Assembly (NCBI GenBank): GCA_965219415.1
Contig: CBDCNP010000002.1
Span: forward strand, 2,336,001 to 2,400,000
Origin: Candidatus Marinacidobacterales bacterium
GTDB taxonomy: Bacteria > Acidobacteriota > Vicinamibacteria > Marinacidobacterales > DATDRI01
Direction of reading: 5' to 3'
Length of the DNA stretch: 64,000 bases
Both the position numbers and the translations under genes were made by a program. The notes beneath the pieces were generated by a model. It was not told the origin of the DNA and ran no database searches. It saw only the letters and a list, made by a program, of their open reading frames with translations. Of the stretch, positions 43,036-53,855 are shown piece by piece. Within the stretch, counting starts at the first letter, position 1; the number at the start of each line of letters is the position of its first letter.

Positions 43036-43269
43036 CAGCAGAAGAGCATCAGCCTTACCGTCGTCGAAGCCCTCACCCCCTTGGTCCGAGCCCAGTCACT
43101 CGCTGACGCCGTCCTGCGACTGGCGCAGGCCGGGTTGAAGCGCACCGCCGCGCACCAAGCTTAGAAGGCCTCACGACCGCGCGACGCGATGCCAACTCCG
43201 CGTCGGTGACCGTCGGCGCCACCCGTAATATGGATGTCTGGCGAGCAGTTCCGGTTTGCGAAACAGAAA

Positions 43270-43389
43270 GGTACTGTCAAGTTGAGGCATTCAGGGTCGA
43301 TCCGACCCCAAGATGTTGGCAACGCGGTGCGCTTGAGCTCCATTATCTAGCGGCCCAGTCCGAGCTCAAGACCTCAACTTGACAGTACC
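43270..43389. mobile_element. 120-bp MITE-like element with 18-bp perfect inverted repeats
   Basis: GGTACTGTCAAGTTGAGG ... CCTCAACTTGACAGTACC, with an internal IR CTTGAGCTC/GAGCTCAAG. Confidence 0.6.
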
Positions 43390-43473
43390 GTTCTGATAGA
43401 CTGCTATGATAGGACGGGTGGTTCGTGAAGATGGATCACGATTCAACCTCAAGCGGAGGTGAGGTGCCAACCC

Positions 43474-43656
43474 ATGCCGACAGCTAAAACGCCGAGCATG
43501 CCAAACGGACTTCCCGCCCGGTTCGCTGATCCGGACACCGGATTCGCGCAATTGTGCAAGTTCCTGGAGATCGCCAATCGCACACAACGGCAGTCCATAC
43601 TCAATGTAGAAGCCGTGAGGCGCGCCGTAGGTGCTTGCGCTGTTTGCTGTTGGTGA
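43474..43656 (+). CDS. small 60-aa protein with Cys-rich C-terminus (GACAVCCW)
   Basis: RBS GGAGGTGAGG 9 nt upstream; extended -10 TGcTATGAT at 43402-43410. Confidence 0.5.
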   Translation: MPTAKTPSMPNGLPARFADPDTGFAQLCKFLEIANRTQRQSILNVEAVRRAVGACAVCCW

Positions 43657-43691
43657 TATGTACGTATCCCTTTGCAAAAAAAGCGCTTACG

Positions 43692-43899
43692 CTCCATTTA
43701 GCGCGCGGCGAAGGTCGTGAGCGCTATTTTGGCTGTAATTTAACGCAGCGTAAAGTCTTAGTGTCATCTCACCAACACTTAATGGCAGAAGCACCCTCCA
43801 TTTAGCGCGCAGCGAAGGTCACGAACGCTATTTTGGCTGTAACTTAATGCACCGTAAAGTCTTAGCGTCATCTCACCAACACTTGATGACGGAAGCACC
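43692..43899. repeat. 2 x 104-bp tandem repeat, non-coding, 11 mismatches by my count
   Basis: Units start CTCCATTTAGCGCGC at 43692 and 43796. Confidence 0.93.
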
Positions 43900-44063
43900 A
43901 TTCGCTCTCAACTAGGTGGTCATCTGCATGGTGACGACCCGCCCAAAGGATAGCTCTGCTCAATGGTTGCCGCGGGCCCCACCGTCCACGCCGCGTCAAC
44001 TGCTCGCTTGTAACGTTGAGGGAACAGTAGCCTAGAGACCAAGAGTAGTAGATAGTAACAGCG

Positions 44064-44294
44064 CTAGATCAACGCGCCCTTCAGAATCTGAAGGAGGACA
44101 AGCAGAATCAACGGCGAGAAGTCGATCCCCCCCGCCGACGGCACCAGCCTACGAATCGGTGCCAGAGCCGGCTCGGTCAACATCCGGGTGATGCGAACTA
44201 CCTGGTTGCTCGGCGGGAGCTGGAGCCAGCTGAGGATCACCGCGACGATGACGACAACGGAGTAGTAGTCGATAAGTTTGGCAATCAGTAGCAT
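44064..44294 (-). CDS. YggT family membrane protein
   Basis: ILSW...LTEPALAPIRRLVP..GGIDFSPLI. Confidence 0.9.
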   Translation of the reverse strand: MLLIAKLIDYYSVVVIVAVILSWLQLPPSNQVVRITRMLTEPALAPIRRLVPSAGGIDFSPLILLVLLQILKGALI

Positions 44295-44332
44295 GAATGG
44301 ACCAGAGTTTATCACGCAGGTCAATCACATCC

Positions 44333-45793
44333 GGGGATGTCCCGGCCGCTGTTGAATTTGGTCGGGTAGCGGCGGCACCTGTGAATACTCTTAGGCAGCA
44401 AACTCATCGCTGTCAAGAGATTTCTGTTTGCTTCTAAGCGCGTGAACGAGAGCGCCCATATGGCGATAGCCTTTGATACGCCGGAACTTTTTCTGCGCGG
44501 TGACGACGCCAAGAGCGGTCCATCGGCGAACCATGGAAGGACTCTTCCAACGCTTGACGTTTCTCGATACTCTGCGAATGGTTCCGTTGAGATTCTCAAT
44601 GGCGTTCGTCGTGGCAAGAGACTGGCGAAGTAAGGCGGGCAGCGCGAGCTTCACGACCGTGAGTGTCTCTTCCATCCCTTCACGAAGGCTTCCGGCAGCT
44701 TCGTCGTAGCCGTTTCGCTCGAGCCACGACACCAATGCCTGAAGTCGCTTGCGCGCCTTGTCGGCACTCTTGCACTTGTAGGCTTCCTTCATCGTCTGGA
44801 GCACGTAGGCGTGACGAGACTTGGGAAGGTACGAGCGAAGATTCCGGAGTTTATGGATCTGGCACCTTTGGATGACCGCGAGGTCCCCCAAAACGTCGAC
44901 GAGTGCCTTGCGGATGCCTTTGCCTCCGTCCACTACGCAGAGAATCGACTCATCGACGCGCAAGCCCCGCTCGAGAAGGTCCTGCAACATCGCGGTGCAC
45001 ACCCGAGAGTTCTCCGTCGAGCCCAGCCATATACCCAGGGGCACCTTCGTTCCATCTATTGTGATACCTAGAGTTACGACGACGGTCTGTCCGGCCACCT
45101 CAAGGCCATCCAGCATCAGTGCCGCAAGCTCGAACTCCTCTAGCCGCCGAGACAGGTATTCCTCGAGCTTCTTAGTCGTCTGGCTCACGAGGTGACGGCT
45201 GGCGGCACTCTTACTCGTGCCACGAGACTTCAACTTGGCCGCGGGTTTGTTCAGACTCGATTCGTAATTTCGGGTCGATACCCCCACCAAGATCTGATTC
45301 AACACTCGCTCTGGAAGCGGGTCTTCTTCGCGGAAGGCTTCGAAGTGTGGAAGCGACGCCTCCTCGCCCGACTTCGAGCGAACTCGAGGTCGCGACACTT
45401 GGATGCGACGACCACCGAAGCTCAGCTCTCCGTTCGTGCTCCCCCAGTGGTTATGAGTTCGCTCCTTCTCGTGCTTGCCCTTGAGCCCCGCGATCTCCTC
45501 GGCGTCCTCTCTGAGCAGTAGGTGCAGAGCTGTCAGTCCTTGCTCGTACACCCATTCCGTCAGTTCCGCCTTCGTGGCCGCGATCCCAGCTATCATCGGT
45601 AGCAGTATCTGACCGACTTGGCCAACTACCTTGCCCGTAGGCGAGTGCGTTTGCTTTCTTACTGGCTTCTTTGATTTCCTAGGCATTGGTGGCTCCTTGT
45701 CCCCCTCTGGAGACGGTTGTTTGGCAGACCTAATTCTTAGGCCGGCCAAGGAGCCGCCGCTACCCCAAATTCAACATCCGGCGGGACATCCCC
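44333..45793 (-). mobile_element. IS256-family element type D, copy 2, intact transposase
   Basis: IRs GGGGATGTCCCG; 8-bp TSD TCACATCC; ORF 44391-45686. Confidence 0.93.
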
Positions 45794-45918
45794 TCACATC
45801 CTGCCGCTAGCGGTTGACCCAGTCAGAACGAGCGGTAGGAATTGCACGTAATATGTCATCATGGATCTGAAGATAACACCCTCGGGCTAGACGATTGTAA
45901 AGCCCACGGCTCTTGACC

Positions 45919-46926
45919 GAGTCAAGCCCATTCTTAGTTGAAACTTTCCACGGCTCACGTTTAAGCGACCTTCTTCTTCGATACGGTTGATGTCTTCGCC
46001 TCGATCTTCAGTTCCCGCTTGAGAGCTTCGCGAAGCTTGGAAAGATGGCGGTAGTCCACCACCTTCCTCAAGCGCGGTTCGATGTCTACGAGCGCCGTTG
46101 CCAACCAGCGCTGGCGTTGGCTCGAGTTCTTCCAGTGGTCGACCTTCGCGCAGCATTCCTCGACGAGAGCATTGACGGACTCAAGGCAGTTCGTCGTCTT
46201 GAACGAACGGCCCAGCACCGCGTGCACGCCGAGTCGATGCAACGTCAGCGTCTCCTCGAGGCCTTCCTCCAGGCTGCCAGCTGCGGATTGGTTCCGCTCT
46301 TCTAACTCACCGTGGAGTTGCTCGAGCGCAGTGAGGGCCTCTTCGTACTCCGGCCTGTTGTAGGCCCACTGGAGCCGCTTGCGCCATGACGCCTGCTCGC
46401 CCTTGGACAGGTAGCTCACTACGTTTTCACGTTTGTGCCACTGGCAGCGTTGTATCAGGGCCCGCTTACGGAATGCTTTCTTGACTGCCGCTTGGAGACC
46501 CTTGCCGCCGTCGATGATCACCAGCAGACCCTGGGAGATATCGAGTCCCCGCTCGAGCAGTGAACGCAGGAACGGCGTCAACACCTGCGCGTTCTCCGTG
46601 TCCGTCTCCACGAAGCCCAAGAAGCGTTTTTCCCCGCAAAGCGTGATGCCCAGAGCCACGACCATCGTTGCCTCGGCGAATGTCTTCCCATCCAGAAACA
46701 GCGCCACCACATCCTCGCCGGTCAGATCCCGTTCCTGCATCTCCCGCAGCTTCGCAGCGCTCGCTTGCACGAACCCTCGGGACACCGTTGAGCTCGACAG
46801 CCCGATGGCGCCCGGAATCGCTTCCGCTGCCGCCTCGTAGTTGCGACAAGAGATTCCGTAGAGAACTCGTTTCAGCAGAAGATCATTCACCTCACCGCCG
46901 TGGCTCACCGCCTCGTAGCAGCGAAG
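45919..46926 (-). mobile_element. IS256 type A copy 2, 5'-truncated by IS5
   Basis: Near-identical to 22927-23934, then an abrupt switch to the IS5 IR. Confidence 0.9.
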
Positions 46927-48013
46927 TGCCTTGGTGCACAACTCTCGATCTCGGTCCACAATTGTCCTGTACTCGCGGATACGAGGTTCCCCATGAGCAT
47001 TTTCAAACGCACTCAGCGGAAGTATGTGAAGAAGGCCTATCGCATGAGGAATTGGCGTGAATATGAGGCGGGTCTACGCAACCGCGGGAGCCTGACCGTC
47101 TGGATCTCGCTCACCGCCGGCAAGCTTGTGAACTGGGACGCGCCCCGGCCAAGGAGGAGGAAACCGGGCCGTCAACGCAAGTACTCGAACCACGCCATCG
47201 AGACGGCTGTCACCCTGGGCATGGTGTTTCATCTGTCATCTAGGCAGAGCGAGGGATTGCTGCGGTCGTTGTTCGCTCTGATGAAGCTAGACAGTGATGT
47301 GCCCGATCACACCACGATCTCGAGGCGCAAGCCGAAGCTGGGTAAGGTCCCCTTCTACCCAGTCAAGCAGAAGACGCCGTTGCACATCTTGTTCGACAGC
47401 AGCGGTCTCGCTGTCCACGCCGGCCAGCTGCGCAGAGCACAAAAGAGCAGGGACTATCGCAAGCTCCATCTGTGTGTCGACGAGCAGAGTGGCGAAGTCG
47501 TCGCCGGCGAGCTGACGAGCAAAAGAGCCCGCGATTCATCGCGGGTTGCATCGCTTGTCGGACAGATCGACAGTCCCATCTCATCGGCCAGAGCTGACAC
47601 CGCATACGACGCCGGCGGCGTCTATGAGGCAATCGAGAATCACAGCGCTCATCGCTCGCCGAGGGTGCTGATACCGCCGCGCAAGGGCGCCCTGCTCGCA
47701 TCGGGGCCGGCGAGCAGCCGACAGCGCAATCGCAACATTGCAGCACAAGCTCGGCTCGGCAAACGAAAGTGGCACACAGAATCGGGCTACAGCAAACGGA
47801 GCAAAGTCGAGACAACGTTCCATCGCTACAAGGCTATCGTGGGCTCAGCGATGCGAGCGAGAGGGTTGGCGGCACAGAGAGGTGAGGCAAGGATCGGGTG
47901 CAAGATTCTCAACACCATGACGGCGCTCGGGATGCCTGATACCGAGATGATCGGATGATGGGAGTCGGGGCCAAGCGAGCTCTCGGCCTCTATCGGAGTT
48001 GTGCACCAAGGCA
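46927..48013 (+). mobile_element. IS5-family (IS903-like) element; transposase 46993-47958
   Basis: IR TGCCTTGGTGCACAACTC at both ends; NWREYEAGLRNRGSL, PDHTTISRR, DSSG, KLHL, ADTAYD, YSKRSKVET. Confidence 0.92.
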
Positions 48014-48274
48014 CTGTTGGTCCGGCGCGGAGCGTGCACCGCGGGTGAGCTCGGGAAGCCTTTCGACATTAGCCAGCCGACGGCGTCCAAACATCTCCGG
48101 GTGCTCGAGCGTGCCGGGCTCTTGTCCAGACAGGTCGAAGGTCGAACGCATCGCTTTCGTTTGATGCCGAAGCGTCTCGACGAGGCCGAAGACTGGATAT
48201 CGCGACACCGAGAATTCTGGGAAGGGACTCTCGAGAGGCTGAGTGATTTACTGAAAGACGGCGGCGCACGATGA
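48014..48274 (+). pseudogene. ArsR family regulator, 5'-truncated by IS5
   Basis: ISQPTASKHLRVLERAGL..GR; N-terminal DPTR helix missing. Confidence 0.8.
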
Positions 48275-48732
48275 CCGAAGGCCCGACGATGAAGGTTGTT
48301 GCCAAACGTCGTTATCGCGCGCCGCGGGAGAGAGTCTTTCGAGCGTTTACGGACCCGGCGGAGCTGACACGCTGGTTTTCTCCGAGCGAAGATATAGCGA
48401 CGGATGTAATCGACCTGGAGCTTCGAGCCGGCGGAGTCTATCGGTTCGGTTTTCATCTTCCCGGTGGGGCCGTGGATTACGTTCTCGGAACGTTCGAGGA
48501 GGTATCTCCTCCCGGGAGGCTCGTCTTTACCTGGACGTGGGCAGAGCCCGATCCGCACGCGGGAATCGAGACTCTCGTCACCGTGGAGTTTATCGAGCAC
48601 GGCGATGAAACCGAAGTGGTCGTGACTCACGATCGCTTCCCCAACGAGGAAACCCCAGCACGCCACGACGCAGGTTGGCAGGGCACCTTCGACCGTCTTG
48701 CGAAGTTACTGAACGGATTGGAATCGGAGTGA
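48271..48732 (+). CDS. SRPBCC/AHSA1 domain protein
   Basis: APRERVFRAFTDPAELTRWF, RLVFTW, HDAGW. Confidence 0.9.
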   Translation: MTEGPTMKVVAKRRYRAPRERVFRAFTDPAELTRWFSPSEDIATDVIDLELRAGGVYRFGFHLPGGAVDYVLGTFEEVSPPGRLVFTWTWAEPDPHAGIETLVTVEFIEHGDETEVVVTHDRFPNEETPARHDAGWQGTFDRLAKLLNGLESE

Positions 48733-48740
48733 GGTATTCA

Positions 48741-49165
48741 ATGACAAGGAAGACATTTCTGCTGGGGAGCACTAGCCTATCTACGTGACTTTTCCACTCG
48801 CCTTTGTTTGGCACCTGGTCATCTTCAAAGATGTGTACCAATGGCTCGGCATGTATCGGGAGGACCCGAGCGTTCCGCTCGGCTTTTTCGTCATCTTGAT
48901 CCAGGGGCTTCTTCTCTCGTACGCATTTCCCATCTTGTACCGCGACGGCAGCTCGATAAGGCAAGGCCTCAAGTTCGGTCTCTTCATGGGCCTGTTCCTT
49001 TGGAGTAGCCAAGTGGTCGCTGCGGCAACCAAGCACCACGTCGCATCTCTTTCAACGTGGTTTGCGATCGAGACTGCCTACTTTGCCATTCAATTCGCGC
49101 TGGTGGGGCTGGCCATAGGTCTCGTTTACCGCGATAGAAAATCAGCGGGATTCGCATCGACCTAA
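48741..49165 (+). CDS. small multi-TM membrane protein, frameshifted near 48785
   Basis: RBS GAGG plus ATG at 48741; four hydrophobic helices in ORF 48785-49165. Confidence 0.6.
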
Positions 49166-49176
49166 GGAGGCTACCC

Positions 49177-49506
49177 ATGGCGTACGATGACAAACTTGCC
49201 GACCGCGTCCGAACCGTTCTCAAGAGACGAAGAGGCATTGCGGAGAAGAAAATGTTCGGAGGTCTCGCTTTTCTGCACAATGGAAATATGTGTTGTGGCG
49301 TGATCAAGAACGACCTCGTGCTGCGGCTAGGGGAAGACGGAGCAACCAAGGCACTCGATAAGCCTTACGCGCGCGAGATGGATTTCACGGGCAAAGCTCT
49401 CAAAAGCATGGTGTACATCGGCCCCGCCGGCTACCGGACCGAGGCGCAGCTCCGTCGCTGGGTCGGCCAAGGAGTGGACTACGTGAAATCCTTGCCCGCA
49501 AAGTAA
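49177..49506 (+). CDS. TfoX/Sxy family protein
   Basis: MAYDDKLADRVR, EKKMFGGLAF, MDFTG. Confidence 0.88.
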   Translation: MAYDDKLADRVRTVLKRRRGIAEKKMFGGLAFLHNGNMCCGVIKNDLVLRLGEDGATKALDKPYAREMDFTGKALKSMVYIGPAGYRTEAQLRRWVGQGVDYVKSLPAK

Positions 49507-49517
49507 ACCGGTCCTTT

Positions 49518-51329
49518 CTAGGATCGGCGCTTGGGGCGCTGGTTGGCGGCGAGGATCCTTTTCCTCAATCGAATAGAGCGCGGGGTAGCTTCAACGAGCT
49601 CATCGGTCTGGATGAACTCGATGGCTTGCTCTAGGTTGAGCTGTCGGTGGGGCGTGAGACGGACGGCAATGTCGGCCGTGGACTGCCGAATGTTGGTGAG
49701 TTTTTTTTCTCGAGTAATGTTGACGTCGAGGTCGGCTGGCCGAGCATTCTCACCCACGATCATGCCCTCATAGACCTCGATGCCGGGACCGATGAAGAGC
49801 TCGCCGCGATCCTCGAGATTGTGAAGCGCGTAAGCGGTGGTCTTTCCCGCGCGGTCCGCGACCAAAGCGCCGGTTAGTCGCGTCGGCAGATTCCCCTGCC
49901 AATCGTCGTACGCGTCGAAGAGCGTGTTCATGACCGCCGTACCTCGCGTATCGGCGAGAAGCTCGCTCCGGATTCCGATGAGTCCTCGGGAGGGCACGCG
50001 AAACTCCAACCGAACGCGTCCCGAGCCGTGGTTCACCATGTGGGTGAGCACTCCCTTTCGAATCCCCAATTTTTCGACGACCACGCCCTGGTACGCTTCG
50101 GCCACGTCGACCAGCAAGAACTCGAAGGGTTCTTTCTTGACGCCTCCGACCTCCTTCGTGATGACCTCGGGATTGGAGAGGGAGAGCTCGTAGCCTTCTC
50201 GGCGCATCGTTTCCACCAACACCGCGAGCTGAAGCTCACCGCGACCAAAGACCTTGAAGGAGTCCGGTACCTCGGTCTCCTCGACTTGAAGCGACACGTT
50301 CGAGAGAAGCTCGCTATCGAGTCGTTCCTTCAGCTTTCGCGAGGTCACGGACTCGCCTTCCCGACCTACGAATGGCGACGAGTTGATGGAGAAGACCATC
50401 GACAAGGTGGGCTCATCGATCCTCAGGCGGGGCAGAGGTAGCGGACTCTCCAGTTCGGTGACGGTATCGCCTATCGCAATGCCCTCGACGCCGGCAAGGC
50501 AGACGATGTCTCCGAAACGCGCCTCCTCGCACGGGACGCGTTCCAGTCCCGTGAACTGGAATAGCTTGACGATCCGCGTCGGTTGGTAAACATCTTCTCC
50601 TTTCGCGACGGTCACATCGTCTCCGACCCGCAGCGTCCCCTGCGTGATGCGGCCAATGGCCAGCCGCCCGAGGTAGTCGCTGTAATCGAGGTTCGAGACC
50701 ATGAGCTGAAGCGGGGACGTTGCTTCACCCGAGGGCGCCGGCAAGTGCTCGAGAATTGCCTCGAAGAGCGGACGTAGGTCGGAGTCCTTTCCGTCCAGTT
50801 CGGTGCGCGCCAAACCAGCGCGAGCATTCGTGTACAGGATCGGAAACTCCAGCTGGTCCTCGTTGGCGTCGAGGTCGATGAACAGATCGAAGACCTCGTT
50901 CACGACCTCCTGGATGCGGGCGTCTTGTCGATCGATCTTGTTCACTACCAGGAGCAAAGGCAGCTTGGCGGTCAGCGCCTTTCCCAAGACGTAGCGAGTC
51001 TGCGGTAGCGGACCCTCGCTGGCGTCGACGAGAAGCATCGCGCCGTCGACCATACTGAGGGCTCGTTCCACTTCGCCCCCGAAGTCGGCGTGTCCGGGTG
51101 TATCGACGATATTGATCTTCGTGCCGTGAAAGAAGACCGCGGTGTTCTTGGCCAGGATGGTGATGCCGCGCTCGCGTTCCAGATCGCCGGAGTCGAGGAC
51201 GCGCTCCTGGACCTCTTGATTGGCCCGAAAGACACCGCTCTGGTGAAGCATGGCGTCCACCAAGGTGGTCTTCCCGTGGTCCACATGGGCAATGATGGCC
51301 AGATTGCGGATGTCTTCGAATGTCTCCAA
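49518..51329 (-). CDS. typA: translational GTPase TypA/BipA
   Basis: [46 protein letters not shown]. Confidence 0.97.
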   Translation of the reverse strand: METFEDIRNLAIIAHVDHGKTTLVDAMLHQSGVFRANQEVQERVLDSGDLERERGITILAKNTAVFFHGTKINIVDTPGHADFGGEVERALSMVDGAMLLVDASEGPLPQTRYVLGKALTAKLPLLLVVNKIDRQDARIQEVVNEVFDLFIDLDANEDQLEFPILYTNARAGLARTELDGKDSDLRPLFEAILEHLPAPSGEATSPLQLMVSNLDYSDYLGRLAIGRITQGTLRVGDDVTVAKGEDVYQPTRIVKLFQFTGLERVPCEEARFGDIVCLAGVEGIAIGDTVTELESPLPLPRLRIDEPTLSMVFSINSSPFVGREGESVTSRKLKERLDSELLSNVSLQVEETEVPDSFKVFGRGELQLAVLVETMRREGYELSLSNPEVITKEVGGVKKEPFEFLLVDVAEAYQGVVVEKLGIRKGVLTHMVNHGSGRVRLEFRVPSRGLIGIRSELLADTRGTAVMNTLFDAYDDWQGNLPTRLTGALVADRAGKTTAYALHNLEDRGELFIGPGIEVYEGMIVGENARPADLDVNITREKKLTNIRQSTADIAVRLTPHRQLNLEQAIEFIQTDELVEATPRSIRLRKRILAANQRPKRRS

Positions 51330-51376
51330 GTTAGCTTCTCCCGGAAGGATAATAGCGCGTTTGCCCAGCCCTTCAT

Positions 51377-51425
51377 TTGACAACCCGACTTACTGTCGAC
51401 TATCGTTATGTCGATGGTCGACATA
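51377..51425 (+). promoter_or_regulatory. padR promoter with palindromic operator
   Basis: TTGACA at 51377, TATCGT at 51401, palindrome TATGTCGA-TGG-TCGACATA at 51407-51425. Confidence 0.6.
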
Positions 51426-51434
51426 TCATCTGCT

Positions 51435-51780
51435 ATGCCTAGTGCGAAACTCACACCGGTCGAGTTCCACATCTTGCTGGCTTTGGCTGAAGAAGCGCGG
51501 CACGGGTACGGTATCAAGCTGGACGTGGAGCGCCGCACCGAGGGCCGCATCACTCTCGGCTCGGGTACTCTCTACGTCGCCATCCAGCGCCTCGAGAGAG
51601 AAGGCCTGATCAATGGGATCGCGGCGGAAGGCGACGTCCGGCAGAGAGAAATTGCGCCGCCGATATTTTGCGTTGACCGACTCGGGTCGCCAAACCCTTC
51701 GCCGTGAGCTTAGACAACTCGATCGTGTCGTTCGGTACGCGCGAACACTCGACCTACTCGGCGACGCCAAACCCATATGA
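51435..51780 (+). CDS. PadR family regulator, frameshifted near 51645
   Basis: ILLALAEEARHGYGI, GSGTLY; RRYFALTDSG in a shifted frame. Confidence 0.8.
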
Positions 51781-52203
51781 CCTCCCGAGAACGAATCCTC
51801 GGGCTGCTCCTTCGAAGCTACCCCAAGGCCTTCCGCGAAGCTTATCGGGAGGATCTCCTCGAGTTCTTCGAAGAGCAGCACCGTGATCCTCGCTACCGGC
51901 GGGGCTTCGGGGAGCTCCGCTTCTGGGCTGACGTAGTCGAGGACGTACTTCGAAACGCGAGTCGACTTCGATTCAATCGTTCGCGGTCGACACGCAGCGG
52001 CGTTCGGCGTGCTCCTCGGATTGGGGGGAGCGCTGGCACTCACGCGTCTGATGCAAGCGTTGCTTTTCAACGTAGATCCTACCGACCTGCTGACTTACTC
52101 TGCGGTGTCGGTGGCACTTTTCGCCGTGGCGCTCGTCGCCAGCTACCTTCCGGCGCCGCGGGCCGCGAGGCAGGACCCGACCGAGGCTCTACGCTCGGAG
52201 TAA
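51777..52203 (+). pseudogene. ADOP-type ABC permease remnant (N- and C-termini fused by a large deletion)
   Basis: LLLRSYPKAFREAY start joined to LLFNVDPTD...ASYLPAPRAARQDPTEALRSE end. Confidence 0.8.
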
Positions 52204-52212
52204 GTCAACCCC

Positions 52213-53760
52213 TCACGTCTTTCGCTCTTTCCGTTCGAGCTCGTCCATGACCGGCCGGTAGGCGGCGTAGTACTTATAGATGTTGCTGACGTACTGAACC
52301 GTCTCGCGACCTATCTCTTCGGCGGCGACGACTTCGACGTTTCGGAACCACTCGTTGGGGTCGAGTCCACGCTCGGCGGCCTTGGCCCGGAGCCGTCTAA
52401 TACGGTTGGGGCCCGCGTTGTAAGACGCGAATGAGAACAAAGCCTTGTTCCTCTCATCGACCGCATCGTCGTTGAAGTACGTTTCGCGTATCCAGCGCAT
52501 ATACTTAATTCCCGCCTGGACGTTGTTGTCGGCGTTGTGAATGTCTGGGATCCCCACCGATTTGTCGGCCGCCGTACTCGGCAACAACTGCATAATGCCC
52601 ACCGCGCCTCGGTGGCTGACGAGGCTCTGGTCCAACCGCGATTCTTGATAGCCCTGCGCGACCATCATGAGATAGTCGAACCCATACTGCGCAGCGTGTT
52701 TTCGGAAAAGGCCTATCGTCTGGTCGAAGCGCTCTCGGTCTTTGCCGGCGAGTGCGTTCTTCACGTATTTCGTATCCTTGAGATAGCGCTTCAAAAGGAT
52801 GTTGCCCATCAAGGTTCCCTTCTTGTGCCCCGCTACAAAACGGTTCACGACCTCGGCCAGCTGCGGGCTACTCTTACGAAACGCCCACGCGATAGCGCCA
52901 TGGTCACGAACGGCAAGGTCCGGGTGAAGCGTTATCTTCTCGAAGATCTGATCCCAGAACTCCGCCTTGTGTTGATCGACAACGATCATCGGAATGAGGC
53001 CGGCATCCACCATTTCCAAGAGATTTTCGTCCTCTAGGTATTCTTCGGCCGCCTTGAGGGTCATGAGGGGTTTGCCCGCGTCCTCGAACGTGCGGTTGAG
53101 CTCTTGCAGGCTATCGTAGTAGCTGCTCAAACGCCTCACATAGATCTGTTGGCCGGCGAGATCGTCGAGCGAGTCGAGCCGGGGAGCGGTCGGTCCGCTC
53201 ACGACGATTTCCTTGACACCGGTCGCCAGCGGATCTGAAAAATCAACGAGTTTTTGCCGCTCGGGCGTGATCGTCAACCCGGCTGCTGCGATGTCTCCTA
53301 AGCCCTCGTGCAAAGCGGGTAACAGCCGGTCTCGCGACACCGGGATCGGTGCTACATAGACCTTCAAATTCCCGGTGCCGAGCTCCTTGTTGAGCTCGTC
53401 CTCGAACATTTTGAAGAGCTCGTAGGTGACGCCCCGTTGGTTGGGGCCATCGAGGAAGTAGTAGGTCTTGCTGTAAGTGACCAGTGCTCCTATGACCCGC
53501 CGTTCGACCAACTCGTCGAGATCGCCCATCTCGACGCGATCGAGCCCGAGATCCCTATACGCCGCGCTTCCACGGCGGAGAAGTTGCTCTTCCTCGTCGT
53601 CCGTCGTCGCAGCCTCGGATGTATCGGTGCTCTCCGTGGGGGCGGTGGTTGGGTCGGCAGGTTCGGCCTCCGGCGTATCTTGCGCCGGTCCGCAGGCGAC
53701 AAGCCCCAAAGAAATAACCGATGCTAATGCGAAAGACAGTGGCTTCCGTGACATGTTCAT
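52213..53760 (-). CDS. MltF-like lipoprotein: substrate-binding domain plus lytic transglycosylase
   Basis: LVAC lipobox, DIAAAGLTIT, YQES, GAVGIMQL, SYNAG, ETVQYV. Confidence 0.9.
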   Translation of the reverse strand: MNMSRKPLSFALASVISLGLVACGPAQDTPEAEPADPTTAPTESTDTSEAATTDDEEEQLLRRGSAAYRDLGLDRVEMGDLDELVERRVIGALVTYSKTYYFLDGPNQRGVTYELFKMFEDELNKELGTGNLKVYVAPIPVSRDRLLPALHEGLGDIAAAGLTITPERQKLVDFSDPLATGVKEIVVSGPTAPRLDSLDDLAGQQIYVRRLSSYYDSLQELNRTFEDAGKPLMTLKAAEEYLEDENLLEMVDAGLIPMIVVDQHKAEFWDQIFEKITLHPDLAVRDHGAIAWAFRKSSPQLAEVVNRFVAGHKKGTLMGNILLKRYLKDTKYVKNALAGKDRERFDQTIGLFRKHAAQYGFDYLMMVAQGYQESRLDQSLVSHRGAVGIMQLLPSTAADKSVGIPDIHNADNNVQAGIKYMRWIRETYFNDDAVDERNKALFSFASYNAGPNRIRRLRAKAAERGLDPNEWFRNVEVVAAEEIGRETVQYVSNIYKYYAAYRPVMDELERKERKT

Positions 53761-53855
53761 TCTCCTATCCCTGACGAGGCTTAACCCAGACCCCCGGGAA
53801 AGGCAAGGTGAGGGCAGATAGAAATGGAGGAATTGAGACGCGCCTGGGCGCTATC

